Positions 35,677 to 44,878 are shown, counted from the first letter of the stretch. The stretch is DNA of 64,000 nt from a bacterium (GCA_037143195.1 JBAWZD010000001.1:80892-144891); one strand, 5' to 3'. The notes: generated by a model from the sequence alone, not told the origin. A program made the numbers and translations.

Positions 35677-38067
35677 ATGGAAAAATGGAAATTTGCAAAG
35701 ATTCGGGTCGCCGTGCTTTGCGGAGGTCCGTCGCTCGAGCGTGGTATTTCGCTCAACTCGGCACGCAGTCTTTTGGACCATCTTGGTGGGGAGCATATCG
35801 AAATCGTGCCCGTGTATTTCGACCACAAAAAGAATGCGTATCATATCTCTACGGCACAGCTCTATTCCAATACGCCATCCGATTTTGATTTCAAACTCGC
35901 ACGTACCGCAAAGACACTGACAGAAGCGAGTCTCATCAAACTTCTCAAGACAGTCGATATTGTTTTCCCCGCGATTCATGGAGCATATGGAGAAGACGGT
36001 GGTGTGCAAGCGCTCCTTGAGAAAAACAACATTCCATTCATAGGGTCGTCGAGTGCGGCGTGCAAACGCGCGTTTGATAAGTTTAGCGCGAGCGAGCTCA
36101 TTCGCAAACACGGCTTTTATGCTCCGCCGTCGCTCCTCCTAAAGATCTACGGAAAAACGCACGCCGCGGATATCAAACAGTTTTTCAAAGAACACAAACT
36201 CAATCGCGTCGTCGTGAAGCCCGCATCTGGTGGCTCGTCGATTGGAGTTTTTTCGGTCAGTACGGCGAGCGAAGCACTCGAAAAAGTCGAGTATCTTTTT
36301 TCGAAGCGTATGGACACGCGTGTCGTCATCGAGCCATTTGCCGAAGGCAGGGAATTTACTGTTGTGTTGCTCGAGAATAAAAATGGACAACCAATCGCCG
36401 TCCTCCCGACCGAGATCGTGACGAATTATGAATATCACCAGATCTTTGATTTCCGCAAAAAATATCTTCCGACCAATCACGTGCATTATCACTGCCCGCC
36501 ACGATTTAGTGACGAAGTCGTGCACACGATTCAAGCGGATGCGCAAAAATTGTTTACGCTTCTCGGCATGCGTGATTTCGCGCGTTTCGACGGTTGGGTA
36601 TTTCCTGACGGTCGCATTTGGTTTAGCGACTTCAACCCAATCTCAGGTATGGAGCAAAATAGTTTTTTGTTCCAACAATCCGCACGTGTTGGTTTCTCGC
36701 ATCAAGATGTCCTTTTCTATATCGTTCGTCATGCACTCGCGCGCTTCGGTAAACAGCTTCCACTTTCCAAACAAGTCACAACGAAGCGCAAACCGGTGCC
36801 AGTTCTTTTTGGTGGAGGCACAGCCGAGCGTCAAGTCTCGCTCATGTCTGGGACGAATGTGTGGCTCAAACTTCGCAAATCAAAAAAATATATTCCTGAA
36901 CCATATCTGCTCGATCTCGATGGCTCGACTGTTTGGAGACTTCCATACGCACTCATTCTCAACCACACCGTTGAGGAAATAGTTGAGAATGCACAAAACG
37001 CGATCAAAGATGACGCGCGATTTCTCAGACTCATGCTTCCTGTTGTCGCCGATCTTGCGCTTGCACGGAATGAGGCTCGCGAGCAATTTTTCTTGCCACA
37101 ATCACAGACGCTTACCGAGTTCATAAAAAACAAAAAATTCATTTTCATTGCGCTTCATGGAGGAGTCGGCGAAAATGGCGAACTGCAGGCGATGCTTGAA
37201 AAAGAAGGTGTGAAGTATAACGGTTCAAGTAGTACGGTGTCGCATCTGTGTATGGACAAATGGGCGACAAACGAAGCCATCCGCGAAGCGAATATCAAAG
37301 GAGTCACGATTCCTGAGCATGCAAACGTGCCGACCGATGACCTTGCTATGCTCACCGAAAGAAATGCCGAAAAAATCTGGAGTGATTTAGTTCGCACGCT
37401 CGGAACAAAAAGTATCATCGTGAAGCCTCGTGGGGACGGATGTTCCGCTGGCGTCATGCGACTTTTTTCAGCCAAAGATTTTCTTGTGTATGCGCACGCG
37501 ATTGCGAAATGTGAAGGTCAGCTCGCGCCACACTCAATCACCAATCAAACCGGTATCGTCGAGATGCCAACGGAGATTCCATCTGACATCGTGTGTGAAG
37601 CATTCATCGAGACGGACATCATTCGCGCGAAAGGCAAAGAACTCAAACACACACGTCGCGCTGGTTGGATCGAAGTGACTGTCGGCGTTCTTGGTGAGAA
37701 AGGCAAACTTCATGTGCTCTCACCATCGCTCACCGTTGCTGAAGGGGAAGTGCTTTCACTTGAAGAAAAATTCCAAGGAGGTACGGGGATCAATATTACT
37801 CCACCACCAACGGAACTCGTTCGACCGAAAGCACTCGTAAAAGCAAAACAGCTGATTGGTGAAGTCGCGAAGCGTGTCGGTATTCGTGGGTACGCACGTA
37901 TCGATGCATTCATGCATATTGATTCAGGCAACATCATTGTGATTGAAATCAATACGCTCCCTGGGCTCACTCCATCGACCGTCTTGTATCACCAAGGTCT
38001 CGCAGAGTCTCCACAAATGTTCCCATGCGAATTACTCGAACGCATCATTCGCGAAGGAGGATACTAA
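35677..38067 (+). CDS. ddl: D-alanine--D-alanine ligase, tandem double-domain form (796 aa)
   Basis: Two Ddl units: GGPSLERGIS...HGAYGEDG...DFNPISGM and GGGTAERQVS...HGGVGENG...EINTLPGLT. Confidence 0.88.
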   Translation: MEKWKFAKIRVAVLCGGPSLERGISLNSARSLLDHLGGEHIEIVPVYFDHKKNAYHISTAQLYSNTPSDFDFKLARTAKTLTEASLIKLLKTVDIVFPAIHGAYGEDGGVQALLEKNNIPFIGSSSAACKRAFDKFSASELIRKHGFYAPPSLLLKIYGKTHAADIKQFFKEHKLNRVVVKPASGGSSIGVFSVSTASEALEKVEYLFSKRMDTRVVIEPFAEGREFTVVLLENKNGQPIAVLPTEIVTNYEYHQIFDFRKKYLPTNHVHYHCPPRFSDEVVHTIQADAQKLFTLLGMRDFARFDGWVFPDGRIWFSDFNPISGMEQNSFLFQQSARVGFSHQDVLFYIVRHALARFGKQLPLSKQVTTKRKPVPVLFGGGTAERQVSLMSGTNVWLKLRKSKKYIPEPYLLDLDGSTVWRLPYALILNHTVEEIVENAQNAIKDDARFLRLMLPVVADLALARNEAREQFFLPQSQTLTEFIKNKKFIFIALHGGVGENGELQAMLEKEGVKYNGSSSTVSHLCMDKWATNEAIREANIKGVTIPEHANVPTDDLAMLTERNAEKIWSDLVRTLGTKSIIVKPRGDGCSAGVMRLFSAKDFLVYAHAIAKCEGQLAPHSITNQTGIVEMPTEIPSDIVCEAFIETDIIRAKGKELKHTRRAGWIEVTVGVLGEKGKLHVLSPSLTVAEGEVLSLEEKFQGGTGINITPPPTELVRPKALVKAKQLIGEVAKRVGIRGYARIDAFMHIDSGNIIVIEINTLPGLTPSTVLYHQGLAESPQMFPCELLERIIREGGY

Positions 38068-38068
38068 T

Positions 38069-39205
38069 ATGGATACGAAATTTTTGTCGTACATTACGCT
38101 CTCACAAGAAAACTTCGCACACAACATTCAAACTTTGCGTGCGCTCGGGCACAAAGATATGCACATCGCTTTTGCAGTGAAAGGGAATGCATACGGTCAT
38201 GGCCTCACGGAAATGGTGAAGATAGCGGATCCGCTGGTAGAGTATTTCGTCATTACAAATATCGACGATTTGCGAATTCTTCGACGTGAATCTACGAAGC
38301 CGACATTTGTCTTTGGATATATTCCTCCATATCTTCTCGACGAAGCGATGAATCTCGGGTGTATTCTCGGAGTTTTTTCGTTCGAACACATGAATGAGAT
38401 TGATACACATGCGCGTGCGCTCGGCAAAGTGCAAGAAGTTCATATCGCATGCGATGCGAATCTTGGACGTGAAGGATTTTTAGAGACTGATATGGCGCAG
38501 GTGTTTTCTCGTGCAAAAGATTGTACCGGAATTCAAGTGACAGGTATGTATGCGCATTTTGCAAACATCGAAGACACGAATGATTTTTCGCACGCACAAA
38601 AACAAATTGATACGTACGCGCGCATGCAGGCAATCGCGCGAGAATCTGGATACGAGAAAATCACTACACATATTTCGGCGACATCAGGATTGCTTACGTA
38701 TGAAAAAGATACAGGTATTCATCCGATCGTTCGTATTGGTATCGGCGGATATGGACTGTGGCCCCGCGAGACACTTGAACGACAATACAAAAAACGTGGT
38801 ATTGAATTGAAACCAGTGCTTTCGTGGAAGACACATGTCGCACAAGTCAAAATAGTGCCAATCGGTGTGACTGTCGGCTACGGACTCACGTACAAAACTC
38901 AGCGCGAAACCAAAATGGTGCTCGTACCACAAGGATATGCCGATGGATTTCCACGAGCACTTTCAAATACGGGGATGGTGCTCATTGGAGGCAGACGTTG
39001 CCCAGTCATTGGACGTGTTTCGATGAATATGTTTGTGGTAGATGCGACAAATGTGGATGAGGTGCACGAGGGCGACGAGGTCGTTTTGATTGGGGAACAA
39101 GGGGACAAAAGTATTTCGGCGAACGAAGTGGCAGAGAGATCTGGGACCATTTCCTATGAGGCCGTGACCCGCATTAGCCCATTACTCCCAAGGGTAATCT
39201 GCTAA
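38069..39205 (+). CDS. alr: Alanine racemase
   Basis: AVKGNAYGHG (PLP lysine), VGYG, GYADG and GRVSMN. Confidence 0.93.
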   Translation: MDTKFLSYITLSQENFAHNIQTLRALGHKDMHIAFAVKGNAYGHGLTEMVKIADPLVEYFVITNIDDLRILRRESTKPTFVFGYIPPYLLDEAMNLGCILGVFSFEHMNEIDTHARALGKVQEVHIACDANLGREGFLETDMAQVFSRAKDCTGIQVTGMYAHFANIEDTNDFSHAQKQIDTYARMQAIARESGYEKITTHISATSGLLTYEKDTGIHPIVRIGIGGYGLWPRETLERQYKKRGIELKPVLSWKTHVAQVKIVPIGVTVGYGLTYKTQRETKMVLVPQGYADGFPRALSNTGMVLIGGRRCPVIGRVSMNMFVVDATNVDEVHEGDEVVLIGEQGDKSISANEVAERSGTISYEAVTRISPLLPRVIC

Positions 39206-39284
39206 ATCTTGTGGTTTTTCAATATGTATGCTATTCTGTTCGGGCATCGGCACACGGAGGTAATCCCTGCCAGAAGCTACCTAT

Positions 39285-39443
39285 ATGTCTCAAGATAAAC
39301 TCATAAAACTCGCCTGCGGTACATGCAAGCGCATCAACTATTGGAGTCGCAAGAACAAAAAGCTTGTCACTCGAAAAATTGAGCTCAAAAAGTACTGTAA
39401 GTGGTGTAAAAAACAGACCAAACACAAAGAGGTCAAGAAATAA
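39285..39443 (+). CDS. rpmG: 50S ribosomal protein L33 (Zn-binding form), absent from the ORF track
   Basis: Hand translation MSQDKLIKLACGTCKRINYWSRKNKKLVTRKIELKKYCKWCKKQTKHKEVKK*. Confidence 0.95.
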   Translation: MSQDKLIKLACGTCKRINYWSRKNKKLVTRKIELKKYCKWCKKQTKHKEVKK

Positions 39444-39473
39444 AACAAAAGCCCCATTCGGGGCTTTTGTTTT
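39442..39473 (+). terminator. Intrinsic terminator after rpmG
   Basis: AAAACAAAAGCCCC-ATTC-GGGGCTTTTGTTTT. Confidence 0.8.
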
Positions 39474-39532
39474 GGGTGACATGGATTTTTGCGTGCTTTT
39501 CTGTTATCCTCAATCTGGTTTCAAAATCGTAA

Positions 39533-39603
39533 GGGCCTATAGTTCAGCGGTAGAATTCTCGTCTCCAAAACGAGCGACCGAGGTTCGAATCCTCGTGGGC
39601 CCG
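39533..39603 (+). tRNA. tRNA-Trp(CCA), CCA not encoded
   Basis: GGGCCTA/TGGGCCC; CTCGT-CT-CCA-AA-ACGAG; GTTCGAATC. Confidence 0.95.
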
Positions 39604-39610
39604 CAAAAAA

Positions 39611-39988
39611 ATGAGTGAATCAATTCCTCTTGTCGACGGCGTTTCAAAAAGTCTTGAACTTGCTCGACCATATCTTGGGCGAGTTGTTTCTGTAGCGATC
39701 GACCAAGCATACGGGACGACATACAAAGGTGCTTTGTATACTTCGAATTATGGATATGTGCCGAATACTATCGCGCCGGACGGTATGGGGCTTGATGCGT
39801 ATGTGCTTGGTCCGACGGAACCGCTCGCGGAAGCGAGCGGGAAGTGTATTGCTATCATTCACCGACTCGATGATGACGATGACAAACTGATTCTCGTTCC
39901 GGATGGCATCGATATGAGCGATGAGGCGATTGAGCAAGCCGTGCATTTTCGCGAGCAATTTTTTCGTCACGAAATCGTACGTTCATAA
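39611..39988 (+). CDS. Short inorganic pyrophosphatase-like protein (family I)
   Basis: NYGYVPNTIAPDGMGLDAYVL and DDDDDKLILVP. Confidence 0.8.
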   Translation: MSESIPLVDGVSKSLELARPYLGRVVSVAIDQAYGTTYKGALYTSNYGYVPNTIAPDGMGLDAYVLGPTEPLAEASGKCIAIIHRLDDDDDKLILVPDGIDMSDEAIEQAVHFREQFFRHEIVRS

Positions 39989-40072
39989 AAATACCTTTTA
40001 AATATTGAATATATTTTTCCACACCTGCCTCGACGAGTTTAGAAATCGATTAACTCAATAAGCGTACGATGT

Positions 40073-40813
40073 ATGGATATGAATACTATCTATCGATACG
40101 CGACCAATGTGCAAACACTCGACAATCCGCAGAAGCGGTACGTGCTCACGATTCACGATTTGTTGCCAGCCGACAGACCTCGTGAGAAATTGCAAAAATA
40201 CGGCCCCGCAACGCTCTCGACGAGTGAACTTCTTGCTGTCGTGCTCAATCTTGGCACGACCAAAGAAGACGTGATGACGATGTCGAGTCGCATCATGCGT
40301 GAATATGGCGAGAAGAGCATCATGGTTGCGACCAATCCCAAAAAGCTCGCGAGCGATTTGGGTATTCCGATCGTGCGTGCGTCACAGATAGTCGCGTGTT
40401 CTGAGCTCGGCAGACGATTTTACAAAAAGAACGATGCCAGTGCCCCAACGATTCGTACGGCGGAAGAAGTGTTTGAGTATGTGCGCGACATGCGTGATCT
40501 ACCCAAAGAACACTTGCGAGGAATTTATTTGAATACGCATTACAAAGTCATTCATGACGAGATAATTTCCATCGGCACGATTGATACGAATATCATTCAT
40601 CCGCGTGAAGTGTTTCGGCCCGCACTCGAATATGCCGCTGCCGCCGTGATACTCGTGCATAATCATCCGTCAGGTGAGAGTGAACCAAGTGAAGCCGATA
40701 TCGAAGTGACAAAACAACTCGTCTCGGCGGGCAAACTCATCGGCATTGATCTGGTCGATCATGTTATTATTACCAAACGTTCATTCAAAAGTATCTCTAT
40801 CGAGTACTCATAA
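40073..40813 (+). CDS. radC: RadC family (JAB/MPN domain) protein
   Basis: DRPREKL, IHPREVF, HNHPSG..EPSEAD and LVDHVII. Confidence 0.92.
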   Translation: MDMNTIYRYATNVQTLDNPQKRYVLTIHDLLPADRPREKLQKYGPATLSTSELLAVVLNLGTTKEDVMTMSSRIMREYGEKSIMVATNPKKLASDLGIPIVRASQIVACSELGRRFYKKNDASAPTIRTAEEVFEYVRDMRDLPKEHLRGIYLNTHYKVIHDEIISIGTIDTNIIHPREVFRPALEYAAAAVILVHNHPSGESEPSEADIEVTKQLVSAGKLIGIDLVDHVIITKRSFKSISIEYS

Positions 40814-40817
40814 TCAC

Positions 40818-41102
40818 ATGTATACAATCAAAGTCTCTTCAGGCGCGTATTTTGTTTCAACTCGTGTCGGGCGGTCACCATATTTTGTGTCGCACGATGC
40901 GCCAAAAAGTTCGAACAAGGGTCAAAATTTGCTCACTCAATATTTGAGTGATGCACGCACGATTTTTAAAAGTGAATGCGACATCTTGCTCGATACAGGA
41001 CGAGTGTTTACTGATACAGATTCAGACCGACTCATCATCATGCTCAAGCTTCTCATTGATGCGCGCAAGACGTGGCAGGAGGAAGAACTCGCTAGGAAGT
41101 GA
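40818..41102 (+). CDS. Hypothetical protein (94 aa)
   Basis: ATG 4 nt after the radC stop; fills the gap to miaA. Confidence 0.5.
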   Translation: MYTIKVSSGAYFVSTRVGRSPYFVSHDAPKSSNKGQNLLTQYLSDARTIFKSECDILLDTGRVFTDTDSDRLIIMLKLLIDARKTWQEEELARK

Positions 41103-41997
41103 GGAATTGGCGCACAAGCGAAGTTGTTTTTGTGAGCGTTGATTTTTTGGACGAATCAAACCAGACGATCGTTTTGTCGCGTTTCCACCATACTCGTTGA
41201 CGCTTGGCGTATTGCCAAATATCGTTCGCGAGGGTCATTTGGAACGCCTCACGACTCACTTTGGCGGTGAGAAGGTCTGCCATAGCCCCGTATTCAAGGC
41301 CCAATTGACGCATACGGCGGTATGTAAGGCCTTTTTGATGCAAAGCTCGTCCTTCGTCAAGCATGCCCATTTTGAGGCGCTGATTGAGTCGGAGCGCTAT
41401 TCGGCTTTTGAGCACCTCGTCCGGCATATCGAGTCCGATTTGGAGCACGTCGTAGGGAGCAACCGTTTTTTTGAGCGGGGGGACTTTGCCGAGTGCTTTT
41501 GCTATTTCGATCGCTCGAACAAGACGGACCGGATTGTGTTGGTCAATATTTTTTGCGCGCACGGGGTCAAGCTTCACGAGCATTTGAAAAAGTTCAGAGG
41601 CAGATTTCTTTTCGAGTTTTTTTCGGAGTGTTGGATTCGGCGGCACGTCGGGAAGCTGTGCTTTGCCGAGCACTGCGTCGATATAAAAAGCAGTGCCTCC
41701 ACAAATGATTGGAAGTTTGCCATGCGCATGGATATCTTTGATACAGGTGCGCGCTCCAAGCACGTAATCACTCACCGAGTAGACTTTCTTAGGATCGGCG
41801 ACATCGAGCATGTGATGGGGAATGTTTTGCATTTCCTCCTTTGTGACTTTGCCTGTGCCGAGGTTCATCCCGCGGTAGACTTGTCGAGAATCAGCCGAAA
41901 CAATCTCGCCGTTATATTTTTTTGCGAGTTCAATCGAAAGAGCCGTTTTGCCACTCGACGTTGGTCCGAGAATAACGAGGACTTTTTCTTTTTGCAT
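41092..41997 (-). CDS. miaA: tRNA dimethylallyltransferase
   Basis: GPTSSGKT, SADSRQVY, GGTAFY and YAKRQ. Start at ATG 41997; the track's extension lies inside tRNA-Leu. Confidence 0.95.
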   Translation of the reverse strand: MQKEKVLVILGPTSSGKTALSIELAKKYNGEIVSADSRQVYRGMNLGTGKVTKEEMQNIPHHMLDVADPKKVYSVSDYVLGARTCIKDIHAHGKLPIICGGTAFYIDAVLGKAQLPDVPPNPTLRKKLEKKSASELFQMLVKLDPVRAKNIDQHNPVRLVRAIEIAKALGKVPPLKKTVAPYDVLQIGLDMPDEVLKSRIALRLNQRLKMGMLDEGRALHQKGLTYRRMRQLGLEYGAMADLLTAKVSREAFQMTLANDIWQYAKRQRVWWKRDKTIVWFDSSKKSTLTKTTSLVRQFLTS

Positions 41998-41999
41998 TG

Positions 42000-42080
42000 T
42001 GCCGGAGAAGGGACTCGAACCCTTAAACCTTTCGGTGTGCGATTTTGAGTCGCATGCGTATACCATTCCGCCACTCCGGC
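42000..42080 (-). tRNA. tRNA-Leu(CAA), CCA not encoded
   Basis: GCCGGAG/CTCCGGC; TGCGA-CT-CAA-AA-TCGCA; variable arm; GTTCGAGTC. Confidence 0.95.
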
Positions 42081-42175
42081 TTTCTGACTAGAACTTTGGC
42101 ATTCTACACGAAATACACATATTTTTCCATACCTTGCATAGTTCCCAAATTCGGGGCGTGCGGTATACTAGACCC

Positions 42176-43234
42176 ATGGCAGATTTTTATTCTAATTCTA
42201 TTTTCTGGGTTGAACTCGACAAAGTTCGTCCAAATCCTTACCAACCACGTCGTGAGTTCGAAGAAGGTCCACTTCGCGACCTCTCTGAGTCGATTCGTCA
42301 GTACGGAGTGATGCAACCACTCACGGTCAGTCGTGTTGAATATCAAAAAGACGATGGTGGTATTGCCGTTGAGTATGAACTCATCGCGGGAGAGCGCCGT
42401 TTGCGTGCGTCAAAACTCGCCGGACTTTCTCAGGTACCGGTGCTCATCCGTCAGGGCGATACTCCTCAAGTCAAACTTGAGCTCGCAATCATCGAAAATC
42501 TTCAGCGTGCAGATCTCAATCCTGTTGAACGCGCGCATGCATTCGCACGTCTCGCAAACGAATTTAAATTGCAGCACGCCGAAATCGGCAAGAAGCTCGG
42601 ACGCAGTCGTGAGTACGTATCCAACACACTTCGTATTCTCGCGCTTCCTGATGAGATCCTCACTGCACTCGGACAAGGCAAAATCACTGAAGGTCACACA
42701 CGACCGCTCCTCATGTTGATTGATCGACCGATGGAACAGATGGTTTTGTTCAAGGAAATCATGAACAAAAAAGTCACGGTGCGCGAGGCAGAACGTGCAG
42801 CTCGCAACATTGCTGTCGACCGAGCGCGCAAAGCTCCACGACCAACCGATCCTGAAATTGCGCTCATCGAAGCACGCCTTCAAGAAATACTCGGCGAGCG
42901 TGTACACGTCGAGACTGATGCGATCGGTGGACGCGTAACGATTAGCTTCCTCACGCCAGAAGATTTGAAAAAAATAGTTGACCAGCTCCATATGTCTGGA
43001 GGTGAAGATCAGGCGATGTCCGAAGAAGCGTTCATGGACGAGACACCACTTCCTGAAACTATGCCTCTCACCGATACGATTGTTGAGACCGTCGAAACGA
43101 CTCATGCAGGACAGACTCCAAGTGAACCAACTGTTGTCGTAACTGAAACAGTAATGACTCCTGCACCAACACCCGTAGAACCACCAAAACCCGACGACTC
43201 AGAACTCTACAGTATCAGTAGTTTTAGTATATAA
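42176..43234 (+). CDS. parB: ParB/Spo0J family partition protein with acidic Pro/Thr-rich tail
   Basis: PNPYQPRREF, LIAGERRLRA, IENLQRADLNPVE and HTH GRSREYVSNTLR. Confidence 0.92.
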   Translation: MADFYSNSIFWVELDKVRPNPYQPRREFEEGPLRDLSESIRQYGVMQPLTVSRVEYQKDDGGIAVEYELIAGERRLRASKLAGLSQVPVLIRQGDTPQVKLELAIIENLQRADLNPVERAHAFARLANEFKLQHAEIGKKLGRSREYVSNTLRILALPDEILTALGQGKITEGHTRPLLMLIDRPMEQMVLFKEIMNKKVTVREAERAARNIAVDRARKAPRPTDPEIALIEARLQEILGERVHVETDAIGGRVTISFLTPEDLKKIVDQLHMSGGEDQAMSEEAFMDETPLPETMPLTDTIVETVETTHAGQTPSEPTVVVTETVMTPAPTPVEPPKPDDSELYSISSFSI

Positions 43235-43245
43235 AACGTAGATCT

Positions 43246-43366
43246 GGGCGAATAAAAATACCTTGTGTTTGATCAGGCCTTTCGCAGGCGCAAAGGCGCC
43301 GAGAAGCCCGCGCGCGAGCACGCGCGACGGGTTGCCTGGCAAACACAAGGTATTTTTATTTCGCCC
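43246..43366. repeat. Y-shaped inverted-repeat element 2 (about 33-bp arms enclosing two hairpins)
   Basis: GGGCGAATAAAAATACCTTGTGTTTGATCAGGC / GCCTGGCAAACACAAGGTATTTTTATTTCGCCC; inner GGCGC-AAAG-GCGCC and CCCGCGCGCG-AGCA-CGCGCG(A)CGGG. Confidence 0.85.
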
Positions 43367-44843
43367 CCTTCTTCGTCTTTTTTACCGGAATTTTTGCTGC
43401 TTGAATTTTTTCTTCTTCAGCATTTAAGTGCTGGCGGATATGTTTGCGAGCCATAGTGGTAAGCGCGAATTTGAGCCAGTGTTCCTTTGGCGTGCCGTCT
43501 TTGCGAGTTTCGATTTCGACGATGTCACTTGAGTGGAGGACTGTGTCGAGCGAAACGAATTTACCATTGACGCGAGCTCCGCTCGCTTTGTTGCCAATCG
43601 CCGAGTGAATCGAATACGCGAAATCAATCACACTCGAACCTTTTGGAAGATCGATGACGTCACCGGCAGGCGTGAATGCAAAAATACGATCGTTGAAAAA
43701 ATCAGTCTTCAAGTGATCAAGCAATTCATCACTTGATTCGTTTTCTTGACTGAGGTGCTTGAATTCATTGATCCACTCAAATTTCTTTGGGCCTTTTTTC
43801 GAATTCGATTCTTTGTAAATATAGTGCGATGCAATACCGAATTCGGCACGACCATGCATTTCCTCCGTACGAATCTGAATTTCAGCAAGGCCACCGTCAC
43901 CCGTAAATATTGTGGTGTGGAGTGATTGGTATCCGTTCAATTTTGGGAGCGCAATGTAGTCTTTGATACGCGAAGGCAATGGCTTCCAAAGTGCGTGAAT
44001 AAGACCGAGCACGGCGTAACATTCTTCGACACTTTCGACGATGACGCGGAGCGCGACAAGGTCATAAATATTGTCGATATTGTTGTCGTACTTCTGCAAT
44101 TTTTTCCAGAGACTGTATTTGTGCTTGATACGGTAATCTACTTTTTTGACATGGAGTGGGGAAGTTTTGAGTTCGCTGACAAGTTTTTTATAAATTGCCT
44201 CAAGTGCATGTTTTCGTTCGTCGCCACGTTCAGCAAGCAATTTTTCTACCATTGCATATTCTTCAGGATATGCAAAAGGGAATGCGGCGTCTTCGATTTC
44301 GCCTTTGAGACGTCCGATACCGAGTCGGTCGGCGAGTGGAGCATAGACTTCGATTGATTCAAGTGCGATGCGCTTTTGCTTGTCTTCGCGCACGAATTCA
44401 AGCGTGCTGAGATTGTGCAATCGGTCGGCGAGTTTGATCATGAGTACACGATAGTCTTGCGCGAGCGCCATGAGGAATTTGCGCAAGCTCTCGATATGAC
44501 GCATGCGTCCGCGGTATTTTACATGGCCGAGCTTCGTGACACCTTTCACTAGATTTACAATTTCTTTTCCAAACTCCTTCTCGAGCTCATCATCAGTCGT
44601 TTCGGTATCTTCGAGTACGTCGTGCAAGAAACCAGCGGCGATTGTCGTCGCGTCCATTTCATATCGAGCGAGGTTTTTTGCTGTCTCAAAGACATGCACG
44701 AAATAGGGCACGCCCGACATACGCACTTGGCCTTGGTGGGCTTTGAGTGCAAAATTGTAGGCACTCATAATAAGGTCGACGTCCTTTTTGGGAGGCGTCG
44801 GCGGGAGCTCTTTGAGGATTTCTTTGACTTCAAATCCGTCCAT
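43356..44843 (-). CDS. rel: RelA/SpoT family (p)ppGpp synthetase/hydrolase (HD-SYNTH-TGS, short form)
   Basis: AHQGQVRMSGVPY, LHDVLED, IKLADRLHN, YQSLHT, EIQIRT and TGS DFAYSIHS. Confidence 0.92.
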   Translation of the reverse strand: MDGFEVKEILKELPPTPPKKDVDLIMSAYNFALKAHQGQVRMSGVPYFVHVFETAKNLARYEMDATTIAAGFLHDVLEDTETTDDELEKEFGKEIVNLVKGVTKLGHVKYRGRMRHIESLRKFLMALAQDYRVLMIKLADRLHNLSTLEFVREDKQKRIALESIEVYAPLADRLGIGRLKGEIEDAAFPFAYPEEYAMVEKLLAERGDERKHALEAIYKKLVSELKTSPLHVKKVDYRIKHKYSLWKKLQKYDNNIDNIYDLVALRVIVESVEECYAVLGLIHALWKPLPSRIKDYIALPKLNGYQSLHTTIFTGDGGLAEIQIRTEEMHGRAEFGIASHYIYKESNSKKGPKKFEWINEFKHLSQENESSDELLDHLKTDFFNDRIFAFTPAGDVIDLPKGSSVIDFAYSIHSAIGNKASGARVNGKFVSLDTVLHSSDIVEIETRKDGTPKEHWLKFALTTMARKHIRQHLNAEEEKIQAAKIPVKKTKKGAK

Positions 44844-44878
44844 ACCCTGAGTATAGAGGGGATATACCGAAAAGTAAA

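Noticed and set aside
39364-39618. 84-aa ORF in the track
   Set aside because: Overlaps rpmG out of frame, its terminator and tRNA-Trp.
41197-42048. 283-aa plus-strand ORF
   Set aside because: Antisense to miaA and tRNA-Leu, with no motifs.
41998-42066. MiaA N-terminal extension from 42066
   Set aside because: It is the tRNA-Leu sequence read as codons; MiaA normally starts just before the P-loop strand.
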